Under the pieces are notes generated by a model, which worked only from the letters and a program-made list of their open reading frames with translations, had not been told where the DNA came from and searched no databases. A stretch of 39,386 bases of DNA from Myxococcota bacterium (GTDB lineage Bacteria > Myxococcota > JACRCW01). Location: NCBI GenBank assembly GCA_040752415.1, contig JBFMGU010000081.1, positions 1 to 39,386 on the forward strand. Direction: 5' to 3'. The position numbers were made by a program, and so were the translations under genes. Of this stretch, positions 1 through 8,135 are shown piece after piece. Every line of letters begins with the position of its first letter. The first letter of the stretch is position 1.

Positions 1-87
1 GGCACGGGCACCGAGGGGACCAAGACCGGCGAGAAGAAGGAAGAGAAGAAGGACGAAAAGAAGGGCGGCAAGGACGGCGGCAAGTGA
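1..87 (+). CDS. 3' end of a CDS running in from the left edge (Lys/Glu/Gly-rich tail)
   Basis: Frame 1 reads GTGTEGTKTGEKKEEKKDEKKGGKDGGK-stop (TGA 85-87) with mostly GC3 codons; a terminator-like hairpin follows. Confidence 0.7.
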   Translation, partial: GTGTEGTKTGEKKEEKKDEKKGGKDGGK

Positions 88-106
88 GCTGACCTTCCGC
101 TGCTGA

Positions 107-156
107 CGCATGAGCCCCGCTCCCGGGAGGACCTGGAAGCGGGGCTCGGCGTTTTT
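107..156 (+). terminator. Rho-independent terminator between convergent genes
   Basis: GAGCCCCGCT (112-121) pairs with AGCGGGGCTC (138-147), the stem continues inward to an AGGA loop, and GTTTTT follows at 151-156. Confidence 0.75.
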
Positions 157-174
157 CTCGTCGGAGAAATGTGG

Positions 175-1191
175 TCAGAGCTCGTTGTTGCGCGCCGCGG
201 CCTGGTCATTGAGCCGGGTCAGCAGGGAAGGCGTGACCGTTCCGTGGCTCTCCCGTCCCGTGAAACGACGTCGGCCCTCACCGTCCGCGGTGGGGAGGAA
301 CCGGTTGGTCAACGCCATGGCGCGACCGGTGACGTCGGGAAAGAGGTTGGCCATGCGCGCACCCACCAGCGCCGGCAGGCTCAGCACCACCTCCGTGCGT
401 CGCTGGCGTGCCGCCTTGAGGATCTGCGCCGCCGCGCGCTCCGCGCTCATGGTCAGCAAGGGCATGCCCGCGCTCAACGAGAACCACGTGTACTCCGCGC
501 GGTTGCGACCCTTGAAGTACGCGTGGTCCGCGCTCCCGGTGCGCATGAGTCCCGGACACACCGTGAGGACGTGGATTCCGCTCCTGGCCAGCTCCGCGCG
601 CATCCCCTCGGACAGGCCCACCAGGGCGAACTTGCTGGCGCTGTAGGGGACCATGTGCGGCACGCTCAGCTTCCCGCCAATGGACGAGATGTTGATGATG
701 AGCCCGCTGCCGCGCCGCTTCATCTCGTCGACAACCGCGAGCATGGTGTACAGCGGTCCCCAGAAGTGGACGTTCATGGCGTCGTCGTAGTCGGCCAGCG
801 TCATGCTCTCCTGCGGCCCCACCGTGATGATGCCCGCCACGTTGCACAGCACGTCCACGCGCCCGTGCCGCTGGCGCACCTCCTGGACCATGCGCATCAC
901 GTCGGTGCGGTCGGTGACGTCGCAGACGTGGGTGGAGACGGTGGCGCCGCGCGCGCGCAGCTCGTTCCCGGCCCGCTCCAGCTCCCGTGCGTTGCGCGCA
1001 CTGAGCGCCAACCGTGCGCCTTGCTCTGCGAACTGACGCGCCATCACCAGGCCCAGCCCGCGGGACCCGCCGCTGATGAGCACCACCTTGTCGGCGTATT
1101 CCGCCCGCCTCCGCACCATCCGCAACGCCGCAAATGCTCCCAGCCCCAACGCGGGCCACAACACGCTCCATCCCTTCTGCCGGCCGTGCAT
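175..1191 (-). CDS. Short-chain dehydrogenase/reductase (SDR) with N-terminal hydrophobic anchor
   Basis: SGGSRGLG cofactor motif, NVAG, catalytic S...YSASK. Start placed at ATG 1191 behind a GGTGAGG RBS; the ORF extends to 1203. Confidence 0.9.
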   Translation of the reverse strand: MHGRQKGWSVLWPALGLGAFAALRMVRRRAEYADKVVLISGGSRGLGLVMARQFAEQGARLALSARNARELERAGNELRARGATVSTHVCDVTDRTDVMRMVQEVRQRHGRVDVLCNVAGIITVGPQESMTLADYDDAMNVHFWGPLYTMLAVVDEMKRRGSGLIINISSIGGKLSVPHMVPYSASKFALVGLSEGMRAELARSGIHVLTVCPGLMRTGSADHAYFKGRNRAEYTWFSLSAGMPLLTMSAERAAAQILKAARQRRTEVVLSLPALVGARMANLFPDVTGRAMALTNRFLPTADGEGRRRFTGRESHGTVTPSLLTRLNDQAAARNNEL

Positions 1192-1276
1192 GATGCACCT
1201 CACCCTGGATGTCCCAGCACGGAGCTAGCGACGCCAGGCGGATGGAGCCAGCCCGGCCACGACGTCACAATGAGAC

Positions 1277-1915
1277 ATGCCGAGCCTCCGGGTGGTGCAG
1301 CGCGCCTTCAAGGGAATCAGTCGCTTCTACGACGCGGCTCCGCTGCAGGCCTGGGTCTATCACCCCGCCCACGACGTGGTCCGGGATGCCATCCGCGCCT
1401 CCGCGGGTGGGCACCGGCTCCCCCTCGTCGTCGACGTGGGCGTGGGAACCGGTGAGTCCCTGCGCTGGCTCCCCGACGTGGCGGAGCGTGTGGTGGGCGT
1501 GGACCTCTCCTGGGACATGTTGTCCCGCGCGCGGGAGAAACGCGCAGCGCGGACGTGGCTGGTGCGGGCTTCCGGGACGGCGCTGCCGCTCAGCAGCGGG
1601 ACCGCGGACGTGGTGATGAGCTGCTACTCCATGCACTGGTGGCCCGACGTGGGCGAGGGATGGCGTGAGCTGCGTCGGGTGGTGCGGCCGGGCGGCATGG
1701 TGCTGGTGGTGGTGCCGGCCGTGACGACGCACTTCCCCCTTCCACTGCGACCCCTGGTGAAGCGCGCCGTGTCCCGCTTCATCATGCACGCCATGAGCGC
1801 GGACGAATACGCGGCGCTGGCAACCGCGGCGGGGCTGGACGTGCAAACCCTGCAACGCCTGCAACCCATCGGCTGGCTGGTGCACGCGCGCCGGCCGGCG
1901 GTGTCGTCGAGCTGA
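1277..1915 (+). CDS. Class I SAM-dependent methyltransferase
   Basis: VVDVGVGTG motif I, VGVDLSWDML, ALPL..ADVV, ELRRVVRPGG. Confidence 0.85.
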   Translation: MPSLRVVQRAFKGISRFYDAAPLQAWVYHPAHDVVRDAIRASAGGHRLPLVVDVGVGTGESLRWLPDVAERVVGVDLSWDMLSRAREKRAARTWLVRASGTALPLSSGTADVVMSCYSMHWWPDVGEGWRELRRVVRPGGMVLVVVPAVTTHFPLPLRPLVKRAVSRFIMHAMSADEYAALATAAGLDVQTLQRLQPIGWLVHARRPAVSSS

Positions 1916-1999
1916 AGGTGCGAATCCGGGATGCCGCCGTTACCACGCAGGGTAGGGCGCGCGGCGGAGGTGTGCGCGGCCCGTCGTGATGGGAGCCGC

Positions 2000-2539
2000 A
2001 TGAAGGGTGGGCCCATTCCCCTGACGGAAGTCCAGCGCGTCCTGCTGCACCGCACGGAGCTCACGCGCACGGTGCTGGGCGGGGCCATGCTGGTGGGCTG
2101 CATTCCGGAGGAGCCTTCGGACCGGTGGATGTTCCACACCAGCCTGGCGGTGCGCACCACGCCCGCGGAGCTCATGGCGGTGGGACTGACGCTGGACATG
2201 TTGTGCTGGCCGCTCCGTCGTCACGGCCTGGGGGGCTTCCTGGGCGCGTCCATCCGCGTGGGTCGTGCGCCGAGCAATGACGTGGTCATTCCGCAGTCCC
2301 ACGTCAGCAAGCTGCACGCCCGCATCACCGTGGACGGCGACCGTTACCTCATCGCCGACGCGGGCAGCGCCAATGGCACGCGCGTGAACGAGGTGCGCCT
2401 GGGGTCCACGCCGGTGGCGCTCACGGCGGGCGACGTGGTGCGTCTGGGACTGGTCTCGCTGCAGTTCCACCCCACCGCGCAGCTGCAGGGGCTGTTGCGC
2501 GCCGCCCTCTCGTCGGAAAGCGCCGCCTCCGGGGCATGA
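2000..2539 (+). CDS. FHA domain-containing protein
   Basis: FHA signature VGRAPSND...VSKLHA...DAGSANGT. Start ATG 2000 preceded by GGGAG. Confidence 0.85.
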   Translation: MKGGPIPLTEVQRVLLHRTELTRTVLGGAMLVGCIPEEPSDRWMFHTSLAVRTTPAELMAVGLTLDMLCWPLRRHGLGGFLGASIRVGRAPSNDVVIPQSHVSKLHARITVDGDRYLIADAGSANGTRVNEVRLGSTPVALTAGDVVRLGLVSLQFHPTAQLQGLLRAALSSESAASGA

Positions 2540-2545
2540 AGGAGA

Positions 2546-3223
2546 TCAGGGTGTGGCGCAGCTGCCGGGCACGGGGCTGACCGCGGCGTCCTTGGGTGGC
2601 GTGAAGGTCACCTGCTCATCCTTGACGCCCTTGTTGCGACGCACGTCGCTGAAGAAGAAGCGGTTGGGATTGCCGGACTGGTCCTCCACGTCGGTCCGAT
2701 GCACTTCCAGCGTCTTCTTGTCCACCCACAACGTGATGCTCTTGAACATGCCTTGCGGCGTGCGCGGCTTGAGGACCAGTGCGTGGTGTTGGTCGTCTCC
2801 CGTGCCCAGCGTGACGTCGAACTGGTCCGAGATCCGGCCGCCGCCGCCCAGGAACACCAGCGACGCGGTGAGCCCGTCCGCCTTGAAGCAGCGGTCCACC
2901 AGCACCTGCTTGTCGTCCACCTGGTGCACCCAGAGCGTGCCGCCGTCGACGGCGAAGGTCTTGGCGGCCGGCTCCACGTAGTCAAACCGGATCTTCCCCG
3001 GCCGACGGTACGCCACCTTCCCGCGCGACTTGTGCGAACGGCCCAGCGCGGCCATCACGTATTCCTGCTCGAAGCTGGCGCTGAAGTCCCTGGTCCCGTC
3101 GTAGAGCTTCTGCACCCCGGAGACGATCTCGTTGACGCCGGGCTGCTTGGCGGGGGCGGCGTGCAGCGCACCGGCCAGCAGGGCCCCCAGGACCAACGTC
3201 ACAAGCCGCATTCCCTGTCTCAT
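2546..3223 (-). CDS. lolA: Outer-membrane lipoprotein carrier protein, LolA family
   Basis: Signal peptide (ALHA/A), FSASFEQ, RPGKIRFDY..P, DGGTLW. GGAGG RBS before ATG 3223. Confidence 0.8.
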   Translation of the reverse strand: MRQGMRLVTLVLGALLAGALHAAPAKQPGVNEIVSGVQKLYDGTRDFSASFEQEYVMAALGRSHKSRGKVAYRRPGKIRFDYVEPAAKTFAVDGGTLWVHQVDDKQVLVDRCFKADGLTASLVFLGGGGRISDQFDVTLGTGDDQHHALVLKPRTPQGMFKSITLWVDKKTLEVHRTDVEDQSGNPNRFFFSDVRRNKGVKDEQVTFTPPKDAAVSPVPGSCATP

Positions 3224-3287
3224 GGCACCTCCGGGCGTCCTTCGTATGGGACGCGCCAGCCGGCGCAACCATTCGCCCAGGGAGGGG

Positions 3288-5288
3288 TCAGGCGTCCATC
3301 TCCAGCTTGCCCTTGAGGTCTTGCAGGGGCAGGTCGCGCAGGGCGCCCACCATGACCGGGAAGGTGAGGGCCAGCCGTGGCGTGCGTGCGCCCTTGGCCA
3401 GGTCCTCCGCGGCCTCCCGGGCCCGACGCAGGGATTCCGGCGTGGTCCCGGACGCGGCCTGCGCGAACGCCTGCTGCAACCGCTCCGTGCCCTGCTGCAG
3501 GTCGGTGAGGAGCGCGCCCACGGCCTGGGAGCGCGGCGCCAGCGCGGCGGTGAGCTTGCGGAGCTCGTCGGCGAGCGGTGCGTTGGGGGCGGCCTGGTCC
3601 GCCAGCGCGGAGAGGCGCGCCGTCAGCGTGCGCAAGAGGCCTGCCAGCGGCATGAGGTTCTCCACGCGGGTGCGGATGAGCTCCACGGCGCGCACCGCCT
3701 CGGACGGCACGGAGGGCTGACCCGCCTGCTGCACGGCGGCCTCCAGGTGCTCCAGCAGCGTGGTGGCCTGCACGCGCACGCGGACGGCCCGCTCCTCGAA
3801 CGTGTCCAGCAGGTTGCCCACCGCCAGCGCCACCAGGCCCTCGGGCCCGTCGCCCGTCGAGGGACGCGCGGTCAGGTCATCCTTCTGCGCGCGCTGGCAG
3901 GCCTCCATCACGCTGTCCAGGATGCCCGCACGAGCGGCGCGCTCGTCGGCGCGGGCCCGTTCCTCGGCGAGCCGGTCGGCAATCTCGGCCAGCGCCACGT
4001 CGAGGTCGTGGTACGGGTCGCGCTCGTCGGAGGGGAGGGGCCGACCGCCAGCGCGCACGCGCTCCACCTGCTCGCGCAGCTCCCGAAGCGGACGCACCAC
4101 GCGGGAACGCAGACCCAACACGCACAACAACGCGCCCAGGAGCCCGGAGAGCAGTGCGGCGGCAGCGGCGGAGAACAGGCGGATGCGCAGACGTTCATGC
4201 TCCTGCTGCATCTCCTCGATGGTGGCCGCCATCTGTCGGGCGCCGGCGCTCATCTGGACCAGGCTGTTCTCCACCTCCTCCAGCGAAGGGAGCGACGCGG
4301 TCTTGGGCAGCTTGCGCACCGCCACCACGCTCAGCCCCGTGTTCCCGACGGGCGCGCGGTAGGAGGTGCGCTCGGCTCCGTCGGTGCCGCTGCGGTCTTG
4401 CGCGGGGATCATGGCCTGGAACGCCTCGGGGATGATGCCGCCCAGCGGATTGCCGTCGGGAGCCAGCACCACCTCGCCCTCCTGCGCGTCGACGGGGCTG
4501 GTGAGCCCGGTGCGCGCCAGGAACGGCTCCAGCGCGGTGAGGGCGATGGGCGGGCGGGGCTTCTGCGCCAGCGCCGGGTTGCGGGTGAGCGCGGCCTCCA
4601 ACGCAATGGCGTGGGCCTGCTCCTGCTGCAAGCGCTTCTGCTCCTGCTCGACGAGCGCGGCACCGCGGTAGGCGGCCCGCTTGGCTTCCAGGCGCAGCGC
4701 GTCCTGGGCGCCCTGGCCCATCAGCGTGGCCTGCTGCTCCGCGGACTGCAGCGCCTGGCGGATGGGCTCGGTGGCCACCGCCGTGGGACGGGCTTCCGCC
4801 GGAATCTCGGGCGCGGACACGTCGCTGGCGAGCCAGGCGGTGACGCCGCCGGGGACGGCCGTGGCCAGGGCCACCGGGAGGATGACGCCGCCGGCAAAGC
4901 TGCCCGCGCGGGTGCGTCGACGGGCGGCGCGCTCCGGGTTCAACGGCGGCATGGCCCACGACGCGGCCAGCGCCGGCGGAAGCGCCTCCTCCGTCACGGT
5001 GGCGTCGGCGGGCTGGACTGGCGACGTGGTGACGGTCGGTTCCGACGGTGGCGGATTGGGTGGGACGGCCTCGGTCGTCGTGGGTCTGGGGGGCTCGGAG
5101 GCGGGCGCGGCCTGGGCGGGCACGGGTGTGTGCAGGGGCGTGGCCTCGAGGGTGACGTCCTGAGCGGGCTCGGTGGCCTCGGGCGACGCCTTCGCCTCCG
5201 TTGGAGGCACGGAGCTCGCGGCCTCTGCCGGGATGGGTGGGAACGACGCAGGCGGGAAGTCGGGCGGCTTGGTGCTCACGGCGCCCAT
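3288..5288 (-). CDS. Two-TM HAMP-domain membrane protein, chemoreceptor-like but without a recognisable MCP signalling domain
   Basis: Pro-rich N-terminus, TM1 (FAGGVILPVALATAVPGGVTAWLA), extracytoplasmic region, TM2 (LFSAAAAALLSGLLGALLCVLGL), HAMP (VVRPLRELREQVERV...), a second HAMP-like segment (DDLTARP...GLVALAVGNLL), helical C-terminus. Confidence 0.65.
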   Translation of the reverse strand: MGAVSTKPPDFPPASFPPIPAEAASSVPPTEAKASPEATEPAQDVTLEATPLHTPVPAQAAPASEPPRPTTTEAVPPNPPPSEPTVTTSPVQPADATVTEEALPPALAASWAMPPLNPERAARRRTRAGSFAGGVILPVALATAVPGGVTAWLASDVSAPEIPAEARPTAVATEPIRQALQSAEQQATLMGQGAQDALRLEAKRAAYRGAALVEQEQKRLQQEQAHAIALEAALTRNPALAQKPRPPIALTALEPFLARTGLTSPVDAQEGEVVLAPDGNPLGGIIPEAFQAMIPAQDRSGTDGAERTSYRAPVGNTGLSVVAVRKLPKTASLPSLEEVENSLVQMSAGARQMAATIEEMQQEHERLRIRLFSAAAAALLSGLLGALLCVLGLRSRVVRPLRELREQVERVRAGGRPLPSDERDPYHDLDVALAEIADRLAEERARADERAARAGILDSVMEACQRAQKDDLTARPSTGDGPEGLVALAVGNLLDTFEERAVRVRVQATTLLEHLEAAVQQAGQPSVPSEAVRAVELIRTRVENLMPLAGLLRTLTARLSALADQAAPNAPLADELRKLTAALAPRSQAVGALLTDLQQGTERLQQAFAQAASGTTPESLRRAREAAEDLAKGARTPRLALTFPVMVGALRDLPLQDLKGKLEMDA

Positions 5289-5375
5289 GGTGCCAAGCGG
5301 GAATGCGGATGACCAGTTCTTGACCGGCGCTGGCGTCGTCGCTGTGGCCCGCGCTCAGCCACGGGGATGCGCGCC

Positions 5376-6755
5376 CTACAGCAGCTTGCGCACCTGCTTG
5401 GCGGCGATGAGGCGGTACAGGATCTTGCACACGTCGAACGGACGCATCTGGCTGCGCTGCACCACCTGCCGGATGGTGTACTCCGGCGAGCACAGCCCCA
5501 GCACGAAGCGCTCCTGGCTGGTCAGCTTGCTCACGCCGCCCCACGGGTCGGGCTCCAGGCGCGCGTCCCAGTTGTCGATTTCCTTCTCGATGAGCCCCCA
5601 CTCGTCGACGCGACGCAGGCCTTCCATCAACAGCTCGTCGACGCCCAGGCCCAGGTGCACCTCGCCCATCTCCGCAGGCGGACGTGCATCCTTGCGCAGG
5701 CAGAACGTGCCGCCGCTGGGACGCAGCAGCTCGTAGACCAGCTCACTGCACTGGTCGCGCAGCGCCGCCTGCAGTTGCTCCTCCGAGACGTGCCCCAGCG
5801 CCACCAGCTGACGACCCAGCAGCTTCCCGCCACCCTTGCGCGCCCGCAGCAGCGCATCCAGCTCCGTCTTCTCGATGGCGCCGCGCGCGACGAGGAAACG
5901 GCCCAGCAGGAACTCCTCCTGCACGTTCCGCGCGTGCACGAAGTCGACCTTGCCGTTGCTGAAATACACGTCGAAGCGCGTCTCCACGCTGCGGGGCGCT
6001 TCCGTGGCACCGGCGGGCGTGGGGCGCATGCGCGTCCACACCTGGAACAGGCCGGTCTGCGCCTGCAGCGTCATCAGCTGGAACACTTCCGGGATGGGGA
6101 CCAGGTTCAGGTCACCCCACAGCGCCGCGCGCCCCGCCGGCCCCGACGACGCATCTCCCGTCAACGGCGGCAGCTGGCTCAGCGCCTGGTCCACCGCCTG
6201 CTCCACGGCGGCTGGGTCGCGCACCCCGTGTTGCTCCAGCGCCTCCTGGAGCGTGCTGAGCAGGAATCCGCGGAGCCGGTCCTCCTCGGAGTCGGTGGCG
6301 GCCGCGGGCGGTTGCACCACGGTGGCCTCATCGCCGGCGGCGTGGCCCACCACGGGAACGGCCACGGAGGTCTCTTCTCCCGCGCGCTTCTCCAGCGTGT
6401 AGCTGGTGACGGCGAGGATGGCCTCCGGGCTAAAGGGCTTGGTGATGTGGTCCACCACGCCCATCTGCTGCACAAAGCGCTCCGCCGACTCATCCCCCTT
6501 GGTGCTCATCAGGATGACGGGGATGTCCTTGAGGTCCGGCTCCTTCGCCAGCGCGCGACACACCTGGTAGCCGTTCATCCGCGGCATCATGAAGTCCAGC
6601 AGGATGAGGTCGGGCGGCTCCGCCTTGGCGCGCGACATGGCGTCCTGGCCGTCCATGGCGGTGGTGACCTCGTAGCCCGCGGCCGACAACACGCCTTCCA
6701 CCACCCGCAGGATGGAAGGTGAGTCGTCAACCACCAGGATCCGGGACTTGGTCAC
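5376..6755 (-). CDS. Response regulator with DUF4388 (PatA-N-like) domain
   Basis: Canonical REC (ILVVDD, LILLDFMMP, ITKPF). Then LWGDLNLVPIPEVFQLM...TG, FLLGRFLV, LLGRQLV..G.VSEEQL, LLMEGLRRVDEW. GTG start. Confidence 0.85.
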   Translation of the reverse strand: MTKSRILVVDDSPSILRVVEGVLSAAGYEVTTAMDGQDAMSRAKAEPPDLILLDFMMPRMNGYQVCRALAKEPDLKDIPVILMSTKGDESAERFVQQMGVVDHITKPFSPEAILAVTSYTLEKRAGEETSVAVPVVGHAAGDEATVVQPPAAATDSEEDRLRGFLLSTLQEALEQHGVRDPAAVEQAVDQALSQLPPLTGDASSGPAGRAALWGDLNLVPIPEVFQLMTLQAQTGLFQVWTRMRPTPAGATEAPRSVETRFDVYFSNGKVDFVHARNVQEEFLLGRFLVARGAIEKTELDALLRARKGGGKLLGRQLVALGHVSEEQLQAALRDQCSELVYELLRPSGGTFCLRKDARPPAEMGEVHLGLGVDELLMEGLRRVDEWGLIEKEIDNWDARLEPDPWGGVSKLTSQERFVLGLCSPEYTIRQVVQRSQMRPFDVCKILYRLIAAKQVRKLL

Positions 6756-6967
6756 TGCGCACCGCGGTCCGCCTTTCGGCGGCGGAAAGGCGGCGACTAG
6801 AGCCTTCCGACGCTGCCGGGGTCAAGCCGGTTGGGGGCCGGGTGCGCGGGTGTGGTGCGGATCACGGCGCCGTCACGCCCGAGATCACGCCCCAGAAACA
6901 CGCATCCCCTCCACGACGTGCCCAAGGGCGGCCGGGAGGGGACGGGTGATGCATCCGGGGACGAGCT

Positions 6968-7174
6968 TCAGCGCGGGCCCATCTGCATGCGCTTCTCACG
7001 CTTGCGGGCACGGGCCTCGGCCGCGCGCTCCTTCAGCTTCTTCTTCACGGAAGGCTTGACGTAGTGCTCGCGCTTGCGGACCTCCTTGAGGATGCCCGCC
7101 TGCTCCACCTTGCGCTTGAAACGCTTGATGGCGCGCTCCACGGCTTCTCCGTCGCGAACGGTGACCTTGGTCAT
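6968..7174 (-). CDS. rpsU: 30S ribosomal protein S21
   Basis: [18 protein letters not shown]...[26 protein letters not shown] 7 nt upstream. Confidence 0.97.
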   Translation of the reverse strand: MTKVTVRDGEAVERAIKRFKRKVEQAGILKEVRKREHYVKPSVKKKLKERAAEARARKREKRMQMGPR

Positions 7175-7291
7175 GTGTCAATCACCACCTTCCGGCACGT
7201 CCTCCGCGTGGCGCGTGGGCCTGCGGCGTGCGGCCCCGACCTGACCGCCACCAACCGCTGGTGGCCTGCCGGAAAACCTCGGGGCGCGGCG

Positions 7292-7320
7292 CATGTAGGC
7301 CACCATCCGGCCCTTGGCAA
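7292..7320 (-). promoter_or_regulatory. Putative sigma70-type promoter for rpsU
   Basis: Minus strand TTGCCA-17 nt-TACATG. The -10 match is weak, and it lies just upstream of the structured leader. Confidence 0.35.
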
Positions 7321-7334
7321 GCCCGCCTCCTGCC

Positions 7335-8033
7335 TCAGGGCACGTCCAGCATCAGGACCTCCGCCGCGGTCTTCCCCACCAGCTCCAGCTCCTGCTCGCC
7401 GTGCAGCCCGGCCCCGTCGCCTTCCTGCATGGCCACGCCGTTGAGTGTCAGCGAGCCGCGCACCACCTGGACCCATGCGTGTCGTCCCGGGAGGAACGGG
7501 TGGTGCACGCGCGCGCCGGGCTCCAGCAGCGCGGTGGAGACGCGGACGTCCTGGTTGATCGTCGCGGTCTCCTCCCGCGGGGCGGGCGAGGCGATCTCGA
7601 GGAGCCGGTTGTGCCGGTCGCGCTGGGCGAACGAGGCGCGCTGGTAGCTGGGCTGCACGCCGGTGACCTCGGGGACAAGCCAGATCTGCAGGAAGCGCAG
7701 CGGCTCGGTGTCACTGGCGTTGAACTCGCTGTGGATGATGCCGCGGCCCGCGTTCATGACGCTCAGCTCCCCCGGCGTCAGCACCGCGCGGTTGCCCAGG
7801 CTGTCGCGGTGCAGGAGCGCGCCGTTCACGACGTAGCTGAGGATCTCCACGTCCTTGTGCGGGTGCATGCCAAAGCCGCTGCCGGGCGCGAGCTTGTCGT
7901 CGTTGATGACGCGGATGCAGCGCCAGCCGGTGTAGCGCGGGTCGTAGTAGTCCTCGAAGGAGAACGTGTGTCGGGCATCCAGCCAGCCGTGGCTGACGTA
8001 GCCCCGCTCACCCGCGGGTCTCATCTCCAGCAT
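7335..8033 (-). CDS. Pirin family protein (YhhW-like cupin)
   Basis: GFGMHPHKDVEILSYV, HRDSLGN, MNAGRGIIHSE, LQIW. Confidence 0.93.
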   Translation of the reverse strand: MLEMRPAGERGYVSHGWLDARHTFSFEDYYDPRYTGWRCIRVINDDKLAPGSGFGMHPHKDVEILSYVVNGALLHRDSLGNRAVLTPGELSVMNAGRGIIHSEFNASDTEPLRFLQIWLVPEVTGVQPSYQRASFAQRDRHNRLLEIASPAPREETATINQDVRVSTALLEPGARVHHPFLPGRHAWVQVVRGSLTLNGVAMQEGDGAGLHGEQELELVGKTAAEVLMLDVP

Positions 8034-8135
8034 GTTGGGCTCCGGACCTGACGACGGAATTTCGTCCGGATGTAGCGGTTGACGCGCAGCGTGGCAGCCC
8101 GGATGTCGTCCGCGGTCCGTGCCTGCGACAGAGCC

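Noticed and set aside
8041..8070. TCCGGAC...GTCCGGA dyad upstream of the pirin gene
   Set aside because: Only 7-bp GC-rich arms with a 16-nt spacer; plausible by chance, and no adjacent regulator gene supports it.
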